Assembly (NCBI GenBank): GCA_964016885.1
Contig: OZ024750.1
Coordinates: forward strand, 16,430,001 to 16,494,000
From: Eledone cirrhosa
Taxonomy: Eukaryota
Direction: 5' to 3'
Length of the DNA stretch: 64,000 bases
Shown piece after piece: positions 29,301 to 41,953 of this stretch; positions within the stretch are counted from its first letter, which is position 1, and each line of letters opens with the position of its first letter. The translations under genes and the position numbers were made by a program. The notes below the pieces were generated by a model. It was not told the DNA's origin. It searched no databases and saw nothing but the letters and a program-made list of their open reading frames with translations.

Positions 29301-29626
29301 TTTATATTAAATATATATTAATGGTTGACACTGTTGGTACAGCTTCTCAAAACAGTTTCATTTTAGATTGGCTACTTTTAATTTAACTGTTTTTTTAGTT
29401 GTAGTGACGGTTAAGTGACCTCACCGGGTCTGAATACAGCCGATTCCCCCCAGAGAACGAAAAAGGGTGATAGAGCGGTTATGAGAAAGTGATAGAGAAG
29501 AAGAATCGATCGCTGATACTTTTTTTTTTATCGATCTCAAATGATGAAATGCAAATTTAACGACTCTTACCAATTGACCGCCTAATTGTTTATGTATCAT
29601 AGAATAATATTTGTTTTCATGCATAG

Positions 29627-29821
29627 CAGACCTGACAACTCTCCCCGTCCGAGGGGAAGATCTCCCACCCACTTTGGGGTGGGTGGGAGATGTCCTCTCT
29701 TGTGAAAATGGGTATAGCTTTCATTATGTAAAATCTCTCCATTTTACCTCATTTCTCTCCGGTTTGGGGCACTTTTTTTCATGGTAGTCCCCGTTTGGGC
29801 TTTTAGAGGTTGGCAGGTCTA
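29627..29821. mobile_element. Small TIR element (MITE) with apparent 6-bp target duplication GCATAG
   Basis: gcatag|CAGACCTGACAACT ... GGTTGGCAGGTCTA|gcatag. Confidence 0.6.
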
Positions 29822-30763
29822 GCATAGAAACGAATGCCATGTTTATTTAAAACCAATTTGCCAAGGTCAGCTGAATTATATTGAACAATATATATTTATA
29901 GATTTAAAAAAAAAAGTAAATGTAAGTTTTTAAAATTCCAAATTGAATTTGTAATGAGAGTATCATCCTTGCAAAAAATGTATACTTAACATTTCATGTA
30001 TATGTTAAAATGATATTCTAAAAGTATGTTACAAAAATAAAATATTTAATTCATTTAAAATGAAACCTATTTGTTTCGATAATTCCAGAAAGTTGAGTAA
30101 TTTTTATTACATTTCCCTACTATGCACACATTCTCCAAGATTATCACACACATATACATACATACAATTGCCATGACTTTACAGAGTGGACTGGGTGCAT
30201 TTTATCATGGCACCAACACTAGTGAGTTTGTCTTGGATCTACCCAAGACTAACACTAAAGAAGTACTCACTATTTATGTTGTTTCCATTTATTCAAAGCA
30301 ATATGACCAACAGTGTTTTGTGTTATTTAACATCCTCTACCACTTGAAACTAACAAGGTATTCTTTGAAAAGTATAAAACAGCACTATGACTTTTGCATC
30401 ACATAAAAAATTAGAGCACTTACTCTAATACTGCACATTTTCACAAATATCTGTCCACTAGTAAAGATACTATAACCATTTGAATTTACAAACTCGCTTT
30501 TAGATATTTTCTGCTAAATTACCGTATTATTGATGTCAAAAACTTTGGTAAAATTTTCACCTAAACAAAACTATTGGAGTCCATTATCATACTCTTTTTT
30601 CTTTTGGGAAAATAGTTTTATTCCTAAAATATGAAATATAAAACAACAGTGTAAACTGTTTTGTTTTGTCTTACTTTACACCTGTTTTCACATCTTTGTT
30701 TCTGATTTACATTGTACTGGTTTTCCTAAAACAGTTTTAATTTCTTCTATTTCTTTGATGTAG

Positions 30764-32284
30764 GTGATGAACCTTATGAACCGTGGAATAGATGTGACCA
30801 GCTTATCACCTCATATTGCTAAACTTCTTGCCCATCATGACCCACTGGTCAAAAAAGTAGCTTGTGAATTTGTGATTGTGCAAATTGAGAAAAGTTCTGA
30901 CCTGGTCTTACTGGTCATCAACTCTTTACTTCGTGATTGTAAAGATAGTTCACCAATGACTCGCGGTCTATCCCTCCGTACTCTCTGTTCTCTGAGGCAG
31001 GAGTCTGCATTGGAACATATTCTACAGGCCATACAAAATGGCCTTAACGACCACAGTTCTTATGTCCGGCGTATTGCTGCTCTGTCCTGCGTCCGGCTGT
31101 ATCATCTTAATTCATTGTCCATCTTGGATACAGGAATTGTCGATACACTTTACAGTCTAATCCGAGATCAAGATCCTATTGTTGTTGTTAACTGCCTCAT
31201 GGCTTTGGAAGAAATCCTGAAAGACGAAGGTGGGGTTGTCATCAACCAAAAGATGGCCTACCATTTACTAATGACAATGCCAAAATTTACCAACTGGGGT
31301 CAAAGTTATGTTTTGACCCTGCTCAAGAAATATGTGCCTAAAACTGAAGATGAAATCTTCAACATTCTCAACATATTGGATGATTATTTAAAGGAATCAA
31401 CATACTCTGTGTTCATGAGTACTCTTGAACTGTTCCTCAATCTCGTTGTAGCAATGCCACATTTAAAAACTGAGGCCCTGAATCGCTGCAAGGAAATGTT
31501 TATCAGTGGATTGAACTCAGGAAATATTGAACTCACATATTCTATCATCCTTTTTATTGAAAACTTCTTGGATAGCAACAAGAGTATATTTTCTCAATAT
31601 CACAAGGCATTCTTCTGTCGTTTCAAAGAACCACCTTATTTAAAGATGCGGAAGATTGAAATTTTGCCTTTGCTGGTGACAGCTTCAAACTTTACCGAAA
31701 TTCTCGATGAACTGCGAATGTATTGCTCTGAGGTTTCCTCCAACGTCTCTTTCTGTGCAATGAAAGCAATTGGTAAGATTGCCAAACAAGACACTCTTTA
31801 TTTTGAATATTGTATAAAAAAACTTGAAGAATTGCTGGATATTCCTGAACAAAGTGTACAAGCAAATGTTTTCCAGGTTCTTGAATTGCTAGATCTGACA
31901 TCCTATGTTCATCTTGAAAACCTTATGAAGTCAATTTGTTCAAGAGACAATTTAAACCCAACCAATGAGAATGGCTGCTGTGCAAACTTGTTTTTGTTGG
32001 GTGAGTACGGTTATATGTTGGAGTCTAGCCCTTATGCTATACAAGAGTTTATTGAGAATTACATCGAAGAGTGTACAGACACTATGAAGGCTTATCTTCT
32101 GACAGCTGTGATGAAGTTGTTTCTCACACGCCCTGCTGAATGTCAACACATGCTGGGTGGCTTGCTTGAGATTTGTTCTGTCTCAAGGAATAAAGATCTC
32201 AACAGCAAAGCTCTATATTATTACAATCTTCTCAAACAAGGACCTGAAAATGCTAAGCTGATTGTTTTGAATAAAAAATCGTAA
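30764..32284 (+). CDS. AP4B1: AP-4 complex subunit beta-like, coding exon 2 (adaptin N-terminal trunk)
   Basis: ttctttgatgtag|GTG; beta4-diagnostic segments LYSLIRDQDPIVVVNCLMALEEILKDEGGVVINQK, FFCRFKEPPYLK, LLTAVMKLFLTRPAECQHMLG; TAA at 32282-32284; total 538 aa. Confidence 0.95.
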   Translation: MMNLMNRGIDVTSLSPHIAKLLAHHDPLVKKVACEFVIVQIEKSSDLVLLVINSLLRDCKDSSPMTRGLSLRTLCSLRQESALEHILQAIQNGLNDHSSYVRRIAALSCVRLYHLNSLSILDTGIVDTLYSLIRDQDPIVVVNCLMALEEILKDEGGVVINQKMAYHLLMTMPKFTNWGQSYVLTLLKKYVPKTEDEIFNILNILDDYLKESTYSVFMSTLELFLNLVVAMPHLKTEALNRCKEMFISGLNSGNIELTYSIILFIENFLDSNKSIFSQYHKAFFCRFKEPPYLKMRKIEILPLLVTASNFTEILDELRMYCSEVSSNVSFCAMKAIGKIAKQDTLYFEYCIKKLEELLDIPEQSVQANVFQVLELLDLTSYVHLENLMKSICSRDNLNPTNENGCCANLFLLGEYGYMLESSPYAIQEFIENYIEECTDTMKAYLLTAVMKLFLTRPAECQHMLGGLLEICSVSRNKDLNSKALYYYNLLKQGPENAKLIVLNKKS

Positions 32285-32319
32285 TTAATGATGAAAATCT
32301 TATTGATTTTATTATTATT

Positions 32320-32620
32320 ATGGCTTAGTGGTTAAAGCATTGGGTTTGTAATCATGAGGCTGTGAGATCGATTCTCAGACCAGGTGATGTGTTGTGTCCC
32401 TGAGCAAGACTTTATTTTTCACGTTGCTCCAGTTCACTCAGCTATAAAAATGAGATGAGATGTCACTGGTGCTGAGATGTATCAGCCTTTGCCTTTCCTT
32501 TGGACAACATCAGTGGCATGAAGAGGGGAGACTGGTATGCATGGGCAACAGCTGACCTTACCCAGACTTCTGCCTCAGAGAACTTTCTAGGTGAAATTCC
32601 CATAGTCATTCGTGACTATG
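32320..32620 (+). mobile_element. tRNA-derived SINE family B (CORE-like; octopus OR-type by inference)
   Basis: A-box TGGCTTAGTGG, degenerate B-box, core tgtgtccctgagcaagactttatttttcacgttgctccagttcactcagct. Confidence 0.75.
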
Positions 32621-32877
32621 GGATTAGCACGTAGAATAAGATCAACACATGGTATGAGAGCAACCAACACTAGACAGTAATGTTCATCAATACTACCCCC
32701 AGGGGCAAATTAGCATACACATTTAGAAGGACTTTAGACAAATTAAATCATTAAATTATTTATCAGTGGTCCTCTATTAGTTTCAATGAGGGAGTATTTC
32801 AAATTTTCAGTCATTGGAACAGCCTGGTCTTGAAATTAACATACAAGTGCCTGAGCATTATTGAGGCAATTGTAACC

Positions 32878-33083
32878 TTAACCCTTTAGCATTTAAATCG
32901 GCCATATCTGGCCAGAATTCTCTTACTTCTTTTTGTTCATACTGACGTTAAGGTATTGTTCTCAAAATAAATAACATCAAAATCTTGGAGATTTGATATT
33001 ATGTGAGATAATTATGTAAGATAAATCCTTTACCACAGAAATACAATAGTGTATATAGAGTAATGTAAATGCTAAAGGGTTGA
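32878..33083. mobile_element. piggyBac-type MITE copy
   Basis: TTAA CCCTTTAGCATTT ... AAATGCTAAAGGG TTGA. Confidence 0.85.
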
Positions 33084-33249
33084 TGTAATTCTCAGGAAGG
33101 TTCAGCATGACACAATGTGTGACAAAGCTGCTCTTTGAATTACAAGTAGAGTCCATTCAACAGGCTTCCAAATAACTGCCTTACCAATTTCACTCATTGA
33201 CTTCACGCAAGAAGTAAACAAAAAAACTTGTTAAAACTTAATTTAATTG

Positions 33250-33703
33250 TTTCTACTTTTGGCACAAGGCCAGCAATTATTCCAGTGCATTACTGGTACT
33301 TTATTTTATCAACCCCGTAAGGATGAAAGGCAAAGTTAACCTCGGCGGGATTTCAACTCGGGGCGTAACTCTGTTGCAAAGCATGATGTCCGACCCTCTA
33401 CCGATACTGCCAATTCACCGCCCTAAAACCTATATTAAGTTAAAACTTAATATAATGGAAACTCATTACGTAATGCAGTTGTAAAACAAAAACTATATTC
33501 TAAACAGCACTTAAAACATTTTAAACATCAAAATATTAAAACTTCATAAATATATTTCATACTCATGAGAATTTGTGGGACTTCATTTGCTCATAATAGT
33601 TGTTTCTACTTTTGGCACAAGGCCAGCAATTACCCAGTACATTACTGGTACTTTATTTTATTGACCCCGTAAGGATGAAAGGTACAGTTAACCTTGACAG
33701 GAT
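33250..33703 (-). mobile_element. Two SINE family A copies (33250-33423, 33602-33703)
   Basis: Family core present. Confidence 0.8.
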
Positions 33704-34075
33704 TAATAGTGAAAGATGGAGAGGGCGAGAGAGACTGAGGCGATAACAGTGGGAGTTTGGCTCCTCTGTGTTCGGACCTGGTGTACATGTGTGTATTTTT
33801 ACATTATTGACCCTAACTTACTATATTTTAAAGTTTTGGAAGTCAAGGCAACTAATCAACATATTGTTTACATAGCCTGATTTTGAAATTCTCATTAGTA
33901 TAAAATATATTTATGAAGCTTCAGGCCATTGTAAATGACATTTACTCAAGATACTAAGCAGTGGAATCAAACACAGGACTTAATTATTATGAAGTGAACC
34001 TCTTAACCATTCAGTCCTGTTGTATCCACTGATGAAATTAGATTATAATAGATGTAATTTTCTGTGAAATGTTAT

Positions 34076-34465
34076 TTAACCCTTTAATGTTCAAACCGGC
34101 CAGAATTCTCTACCTTTTTCTGTTGAAACTGGCTGTAACTGGTCACTCAAACTGATGTTAACTCTATATATACTATTATATTTTCATGGAAAAGGCTTTA
34201 CCTCGCATAATATCGAATCTATGAGATTTTAAAAGTATTTATTTTAAGAACAACACCTTAACATCAGTTTGAGCGACCAGTTACAATAGAAAGAGGTAGA
34301 GATTTCTGGCCGGTTTGAACATTAAAGGGTTAAGGTACTGTTCTCAAAATAAATACTTTCAAAATCTCATAGATTCGATATTAAATCAGATAATTATGTG
34401 AGATAAAGCATTTACCATGAAAATATAATAGTATATATAGAGTAATGTGAATACTAAAGGGTTAA
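34076..34465. mobile_element. Nested piggyBac-type MITEs (one inverted copy inside another)
   Basis: Outer copy split at its internal TTAA, which appears at both 34158-34161 and 34330-34333. Confidence 0.8.
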
Positions 34466-35924
34466 TATAGGAAGTATAGTCTGGAATTTTATACATTCTC
34501 TTACTCCTGGCCTTACAACACACTTCACAAAGTTTAACATATATTTACTGGCTATAAACATAGTTGTTGCTAGTTGTTGTTCCCAAATTAAGGTCTGTGA
34601 TTTATTATTATATTACATAATATAGTTAACATTTCTGAAACATAATACCACACTTGTTGCCTGTTAATTAATTGTGATTAATTAATTAACTCACCAACAT
34701 CATCATCATCATTTACCATCTATTCTTCTCCTTGCTAGCAAGGTTCTTAAACTAAGTCAGTACTTAGTCAGAGATACTGATTTCTCAGGCAGACTGTGGG
34801 CCCACATCTAGCTTTACATACATTCCAGAACTCTACAGAGAAGGGCAGCCAGCCTTAGAAACGAAGCCAACAACAGTTCTGTATGACTAAGACACGGTCA
34901 CCTGACCTGACTTGTCTCCAATGAGACAACATGTGTAACCCATGCTTGTGTGGAAAATAGATGATGGTGATGGTGATGAATGATGATATATCACTTGAAA
35001 AAAGGAAAAAAAGACATAGCTACATAAAAATAACTTTACTACAAACATATGTTGACATACATTTCACTTGTTGTTACTATCTTTATATGGATCTAACATG
35101 TTTGTTGAAAAAGCACACACACACACACATATGTATATATATATATACACACACACACACACTTCCTTTTAAACTAATGACACAGATACACACACATATA
35201 TACATACATGTCCACATGCTGTGCTGAAGAGGAGCTGTTGCAAGCAAGGAAAAGGAGACGTAAAATTATGATGATGATGTTTATAGGCACTTTCACATCT
35301 TTCTACACACGGTTGTGTGTGTGTGTGTGTGCACATTGAAGTTGGTAGTTCACCATTGGATAGAACATTTCATTCTGTGTAGTTAACCATGAAGCAATAG
35401 TATGAAAGCACTCAACGTGACGCAATCATCTTTGGTGTAAGATTCTATGCATCTATATATATTTATGAGGATAGAACTAGTTTCAAACTAGTTAGACCAT
35501 TACTCAATACTTGGGATTGTAGAATATGGCTACACTAAAGTCTAGAACTTGCTGTTGAAACGGCAAGAGCTCGGCCATTGGGCCCCCCCTTTCTATAATA
35601 GTTCCTCAATTCTCCCCGGGTAGTTCTTTCTATACATACAACCCTTGGGAACCTTTTAAGGAAAAGAAAGGTCTATTTAAAAACAATTTATATATATAAA
35701 GATGAGAAAACCCATCACTACAACAGCTGTTAGAACAGCTAAATGCTGTGAAAGACAGCAATGGGCAAATATGCCTCAGAGGACAGCAATGAGTTTTCTT
35801 ATTTTTATCATCATCATCGTTTAACGCCTATCTTCCATGCTAGCATGGGTTAGACGGTACATTTTTATATGTATTCAAATACACTCTTGCTTTGTCTCGA
35901 TCAGAGACAACGTTTTAATTATAT

Positions 35925-36490
35925 GTATCATCATCACCGTTTTACGTCCGTTCTTCCATGCTAGCATGAGTTAGACGGGTTGTCCTGTTGTGGGCAGTGT
36001 CTGGTCGGCTGACCATGCCTTGCTCATACAGGAACTGATTTTGGCTTGATTTCTACAGCTGGATGCCCTTCCTAACACCAACCTCATTTACAGTGAGTGC
36101 TGGGTGCTTTTGTTTCCGTGGCGCCTACACGTCCACTTTACAGTGTGGGCTGGGTGCTTTTTTGCCGTGGCACCTCCACGACCACGACCACCTTGCAGTG
36201 GGAGGGTATGAGGGCATATTGTCTATATGCTTCAGCTTGTACCCATGGGAGGTCGGGTACTCTGTATTACTGCTTGACGCCAGAGGTCACGGTCGTGTGT
36301 CATCGCCTTTGAGAGGTGTAATTGGGTAAGGTCGGCTTTTATCACCTCATCCCAGGTCTTCTTGGGTCTCCCCACTCCACGGTTTCCATTGACTTCTAGT
36401 GCTCTGCAGCTGTCATCCTTCATACGCATCACATGTCCATACCAACGCAACCGCCTCTCCTGCACACAGCATTTGATTCCTCTTATGCTC
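35925..36490 (-). mobile_element. RTE LINE 3' fragment with SINE-shared tail
   Basis: IRGIKCCVQERRLRWYGHVMRMKDDSCRALEVNGNRGVGRPKKTWDEVIKADL; close relative at 61670-62190 in opposite orientation. Confidence 0.85.
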
Positions 36491-36561
36491 AGTATATATA
36501 TAGAGATATATATATATATATCATCATCATCATTTAACATTCATCTTCCACACTAGCATGG

Positions 36562-36625
<64 letters not shown>

Positions 36626-36805
36626 TATATGTTATATATATACATACATGTGCGTGTGTAGACACAAACACATACAGAACTCCTAGCACCATTGTTTCTT
36701 ATACACAAACACATTAACATATGTTCTTATACACAAACATACTCTCACACTTCAATGAAATAAACAGGCTGCATACATGTTCCAATTTACACACACAAAC
36801 ATTGG

Positions 36806-37160
36806 AGGCACATGGCTTAGTGGTTAGCGGATTGGCCTTGCAATCGAAAGGTTGTGAGTTCAATTCTCAGACCGGGTGATGTGTTGTTTCCTTGAGCAAG
36901 ACACTTTATTTCACATTGCTCCAGAAATGAGATGATAGGGACTGGGGTCCCTATCATTCCACTGCAAAGTGGTCGTGGAGGTGCTACGGCAAAAAAGCAC
37001 CCTGCCCACACTGTAAAGTGGTCGTGTAGGCGCCACGGAAAAAAAGCACCCAGCACTCACTGTAAATGAGGTTGGTGTTAGGAATGGCATCCAGCTGTAG
37101 AAATCAAGCCAGAATCAGTTCCCGTCTCACTCTTGCAAGCAGGGAAAAGCGGATGTAAAA
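36806..37160 (+). mobile_element. SINE family B copy with RTE-like tail
   Basis: ggaggcacatggcttagtggttag..gagttcaattc..ccttgagcaagacactttatttcac..ggttggtgttagga. Confidence 0.85.
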
Positions 37161-37986
37161 TGAAAAATGAAAAAAGAAAAAAAAAAATTTCAAGATCTCA
37201 TACACACATTCTTTTTCTCTCCGTCTCTCATTTACTCTTAACAAACTAACTCATTCATAAACAGAAATATATAGAAATACATTCTAAACTCACAACCATC
37301 CATCTGAAGAACACACACAGACACACATATACATACACACATATATACGAGGTGTCCCCCAAAAATGTGTACACTTCAAAAAGAAGACAAAACTTACCCA
37401 AGAATTTCACAAAAATCACCCATCTGAAAAACACAGACACACATACATACACGCACATATATACAGGGTGTCTCCCAAAAATGTATACACACTTCCAAAA
37501 GAAGAAGAAGACAAAAGTTAGCCAAGAATTTCACAAAAATTCAATTTTTTTTTTTATTTACTTATATTTTTTGTATGTTTTTTTTTAATATAGGGATCAA
37601 AGGCAGTGAGTGAAAAATGTTAATAAATAAAGGCGTTTTTATAGTTCATTTTAAAATAAATCCATCTAACTTATTAGATGTGGAATATATTTACCATTTG
37701 TTTTGTGCATTTTGGACAACTCAGGAGAATTTTCTGTGATTTTCCGGAAATTTGTTAACAAGTCTTTGTTAATATTTTTTAGGTTTATTGTTTCATTTTC
37801 GTTTTTTTTTTTTAATTGAAAATAATTTTTATTTATTATATTTATTATTTTGTCATTTTAAATAACTACACAAATAATTTGCATCTGTGTCATTATTATT
37901 ATTGTCATTAATTTTATTGAACATTAAATTATCATTATTATTATTTTTATTAATTATTATCATTATTATTAATATTAATGTTATCG

Positions 37987-38092
37987 TTATGCATAACACA
38001 TGGGGTCAAGGAAAGACTTGCGTCGACAAGATGGACACGGCCGTTTTCTGTTTGATCTTCCCAGAGTTGACCGACTTAAATGAGTAACACAT
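37987..38092 (-). CDS. RAPSN: Rapsyn-like, terminal exon (second half of RING-H2)
   Basis: attctcag|A TGT: (R)CVTHLSRSTLGRSNRKRPCPSCRRKSFLDPMCYA*; resembles rapsyn ...RSCPNCRRS; phase 2 matches previous exon. Confidence 0.9.
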
Positions 38093-38622
38093 CTGAGAAT
38101 AGAGAGAAATAAAAGAGGAAAGATAAATTTATACACATTTAAACATTTGATTAAATTACGAAGCATGGGGGGGGGGGGGGTGAAGATATAGTCATCACAA
38201 TGCAAATAACTATAAATAATTGTTTAATAAGTCAGGTAAAATACTTCTGCTGACAGAAAAGACGTGAAAATATGCATCGAGATGCAACTTACTCAACTAT
38301 TACTTATAGTTATCTGCATTATGGCCAACATATTTTTAAATTTCATATACATTAAAATTTATGTCTAACTTTCCAAATGCTTGCAACAGTGTGTACTCTG
38401 CTAAAGCACCTAAGAATCAGGTGGTAATATTAAGCTGAGCAATAGATCAAGTTTATTATTCAAGAGACAGGTGATGGTATTAAACTGAGAGGTAGGTTGT
38501 CCACGTCATGAGAAAAGTCTGGCCAGAATTGGCAACACCATACCCTGCTCCAACGGGACTGTAAATTTGGCCGGGGATTTTACAGCTGGATACCCTTCTT
38601 AACACCAATCACATTTACTGTG

Positions 38623-39120
38623 TGGCACCATTATGAGAAGCGACAAGCCAGATGACTGCACCGAACCCATCTCACAGTGGAGCCAATGGTTTGGAGCCCA
38701 GAACTGGATGGCACCACTATGAGGAAGGACAGGCCAGTTGGCTACACTGAACCCATCCGACAGCAGAACCATAGTTTTGGAGCCCAGAACTGGATGGCAC
38801 CACTATGAGGAAGGACAGGCCAGTTGGCTACACTGAACCCATCCGACAGCAGAACCCTAGTTTTGGAGCCCAGAACTGGATGGCACCACTATGAGGAAGG
38901 ACAGGCCAGTTGGCTACACTGAACCCATCCGACAGCAGAACCCTAGTTTTGGAGCCCAGAACTGGATGGCACCACTATGAGGAAGGACAGGCCAGTTGGC
39001 TACACTGAACCCATCTGACAGCAGAACCATAGTTTTGGAGCCCAGAACTGGATGGCACCGCTATGAGGAGGAACAGGCCAATTGGCTGCACCAAACCCCT
39101 CTCACAGTGTAACCACAGTC
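38623..39120. repeat. 86-bp minisatellite, about 5.8 copies, in the last rapsyn intron
   Basis: tggcacc recurs at 38623, 38709, 38795, 38881, 38967, 39053. Confidence 0.95.
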
Positions 39121-39203
39121 CGGATATATATATATATAATTAGTGTTGGATGCTTAAAGCGGCCGTATGAGCACTCGATGCCCTCGTAGAGCAGAGTATG
39201 ATG

Positions 39204-39507
39204 TCACAAAAAAAGATAATCAGTGTTGCGACGAAAGGAATTTATTGGACATATTACAATTGTTTCTCGGGCGACCAGCTCGACGCACGATCGATGTGGT
39301 GATCAAACCTGACTCTGAAATCGCGTGGTCCTCGGATACATCTCGATTCTAATAGGAAAATCTGCTTCGTAGAATCAAGACGTATCCGAGGACCACGCGA
39401 TTTCAGAGTCAGGTTTGATCACCACGTCGAGCTGGTCGCCCGAGAAACAATTGTAATATGTAAAATAAATTCCTTTCGCCGCAACACTGATTATCTTTTT
39501 TCTGTGA
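39204..39507. mobile_element. Foldback element with about 140-bp inverted arms
   Basis: 39204-39351 is the reverse complement of 39370-39507 apart from a few substitutions and a ~10-nt insertion. Confidence 0.85.
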
Positions 39508-39692
39508 TAGCCGTGTAGGCAACACGGTAAAAACCTCCCAGCCCCACACTGTAAATGTGGTTGGTGTTAGGAAGGGCATCCAACTGTAGAAAACCCGCCA
39601 GACAGTCCTATGCGAGCAAGACAACCACTCTTGCCTCAAGTGGGAAAACTCCCGTAAGCATGGAACACGGACGTTAAACGATGATGATGATG

Positions 39693-39732
<40 letters not shown>

Positions 39733-39839
39733 TGGTTTACATGCATGTATTATATGGTGATAATAGAGAGGGAGAGAGAAATTGTTTACTTATGTATATG
39801 ATGATGAGAGATAGATATATATAGAGAGAAATTGTTTAC

Positions 39840-40039
39840 CTGTTGTGTATAATATGTCCACATGAAAGATGATCAAGACGAGCTCGGATGTTACCAATTG
39901 TCTCACCACACACATCACATCTTAAATCCATTTCTAGAATTAGTTGTTGGGCATATAGTTCATGGAAGTCAGACTTGTCCTTTTCATTTAACCATCCATA
40001 TAAACCTTTTAAATTCTCATGGCATTTCAACATTATCAA
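39840..40039 (-). CDS. RAPSN: Rapsyn-like exon (coiled coil + first half of RING-H2)
   Basis: cctttcag|TTG...CAC AAC AG|gtaaac; LIMLKCHENLKGLY...EMDLRCDVCGETIGNIRARLDHLSCGHIIHN vs rapsyn [30 protein letters not shown]; 200 nt. Confidence 0.92.
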
Positions 40040-40629
40040 CTGAAAGGAATAACAAACAGAAAATAATTAAATATAAAAAACAATTTATACACAAAGAAAG
40101 TAGAATAAACAAAATTTCAATTTACAAAGCCGGTGGTTGTTGTTTAGCTCCTGGTCAACCCTGAGACAACAGACTCATTTTTTTGGTGTGTAGCAACACG
40201 TGGTCATGTGTTGCTGCTGATTCTAGCAAAACCCCAAGAAAACACATCTACACAATTTGTTCACACTCAAGAACCTTTTTTAAGTTATGTTCCAAACATC
40301 AACTATGTCTTTCATTAGAAATATAGAAATGAAAGAGTTAGATTGTCTAAGGAAAGAATCTCTGGACAGATTTTATGGACAAAACCCACTGGCAGGAAAC
40401 CCAGGGGTAGATCCCAAGCAAGATGGTTGAATAACATCCAGGAGCTCAGTTGATCTCTCTTGGGGGCACACCTGGTTCAATTAGAAACAAGTGCTTCTGA
40501 CCGGACCTGCTGGAAGGAGCGTTAATGTCAGTTTAGTTGGCAGTAATAATAGTAATAATACACTACAATGACAAAGTGTGTGTGTATGTGTGTATGCAGG
40601 GGTGGGGGAAGAATCATTAAGTTCCTTAC

Positions 40630-40683
40630 TTTGCTTCCAATTGCTCGGCTGGTATTTAATGCCTTCAGGTTAAAATCTATTGC
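40630..40683 (-). CDS. RAPSN: Rapsyn-like exon (54 nt, TPR)
   Basis: tctccag|GCA...AGC AAA|gtaagg; AIDFNLKALNTSRAIGSK vs ALDAIERAQDLAEEVGNK. Confidence 0.88.
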
Positions 40684-41728
40684 CTGGAGATAGTAAAAAA
40701 AAAATAGAAGAAACAAATGTTAAACATCACAGGAAACATGAAGACATGCAACAACAACAATAACCACTTAGATGTTAATTTCCTGAGCAAGCTGTTCTGT
40801 TAATCAAACATCTAGGACACTCAACATTAGAACCAATGAAAGTTCATTCTATTCCACTAGGGTAAAGACCCTCTTTGGTCACAGGTGATCATGGGATTTG
40901 CACCTAGGAAGTTCTCCTCCGAAGGCACAAGTCCAGGCAAGGTTGTTTGTGGAAAGCTAGCAGTTGCCCATGCATACCAGTCTTTCCTCACCATGGACAT
41001 AACATTGTCCACAACACATGGTGTGAGAATTGAACTCATGACTTTATCATTGTGAATCCATCATGTTAATCACTAAACAACATGTCTTCTCTTACAGAGT
41101 GTACTGTGTACTGGGTGGCAGCTACACTAAGTAGTTTACTTTGAATCTGGTCAGACTAAAGATACTCAGTACTTAATATGGTTTCAGTCCATTCAAGGCA
41201 ACATGAACAAGAGGATGAACAGAAGAAGGAGCAATGACAGAGAAAGACCTAGAGTGAATGGAGGAGGAGGAGGGGGGGGCATGATGAGAGTGACAGTGAT
41301 TGGAGTAAGATGGTGTAGTAGTGGGGGGTGAGACAATGATGTGTGTGTGGGAGGGTTAATGGAAAAGAGATTGTGTTGGCAGGAGTAATGGAAGACAGTG
41401 ATGGAGTGGGTAACAGAAGTGAGACAGTAATAGAGGGGAGTAGGCAGGGAGTAATGGAAGAAGGGAGTGAGAGTATGATGGGAGAAACAATATAGAAATG
41501 GGGTGGTGGGGAGGGGGAGGGAGTAACAGAAGAGATATTTTTACTGGAGGTAGTAATGAGTATATTATATTTTTGATACTTTCTTGATTTATCATTCTGG
41601 CATCATACATTAGTTTACTTGCTTCAACATTATTTGGCAATATTTTTAGTTTGGTGAAAAAAAAAAAAAAAAAAAAATGAATTTTATAAAAAAAAATTTT
41701 TTTGGAAATTAAGTAAATAAATACTGAC

Positions 41729-41851
41729 TGAACGGAAATTTCTTTGAGATGCTGCTGTGTCTGCCAATCCTTGAAAGGCTTCAGCTTCTCCTGACCGAAA
41801 TCCAATCTCAGACAGAATAGATAAAGCACATTCAAACCGAGGTATTGAACG
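41729..41851 (-). CDS. RAPSN: Rapsyn-like exon (123 nt, TPR)
   Basis: ttcttcag|CGT...TCA|gtcagt; RSIPRFECALSILSEIGFRSGEAEAFQGLAD vs [31 protein letters not shown]. Confidence 0.9.
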
Positions 41852-41953
41852 CTGAAGAAAAATATTAGAAAACAATAAATAACAAAGGTTATAAGTTTAT
41901 GATGTGATATGTAACAGTAATAAAGACAATATTAGATAACAACAATAATAATT

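Noticed and set aside
32811-32880. Possible AP4B1 hinge exon (ttttcag|T CAT TGG AAC AGC CTG GTC)
   Set aside because: Only vague similarity to DFNTLV, runs into a MITE, no appendage exons follow
36806-36880. tRNA gene (A and B boxes)
   Set aside because: Continues into SINE core and tail, multi-copy, no full cloverleaf
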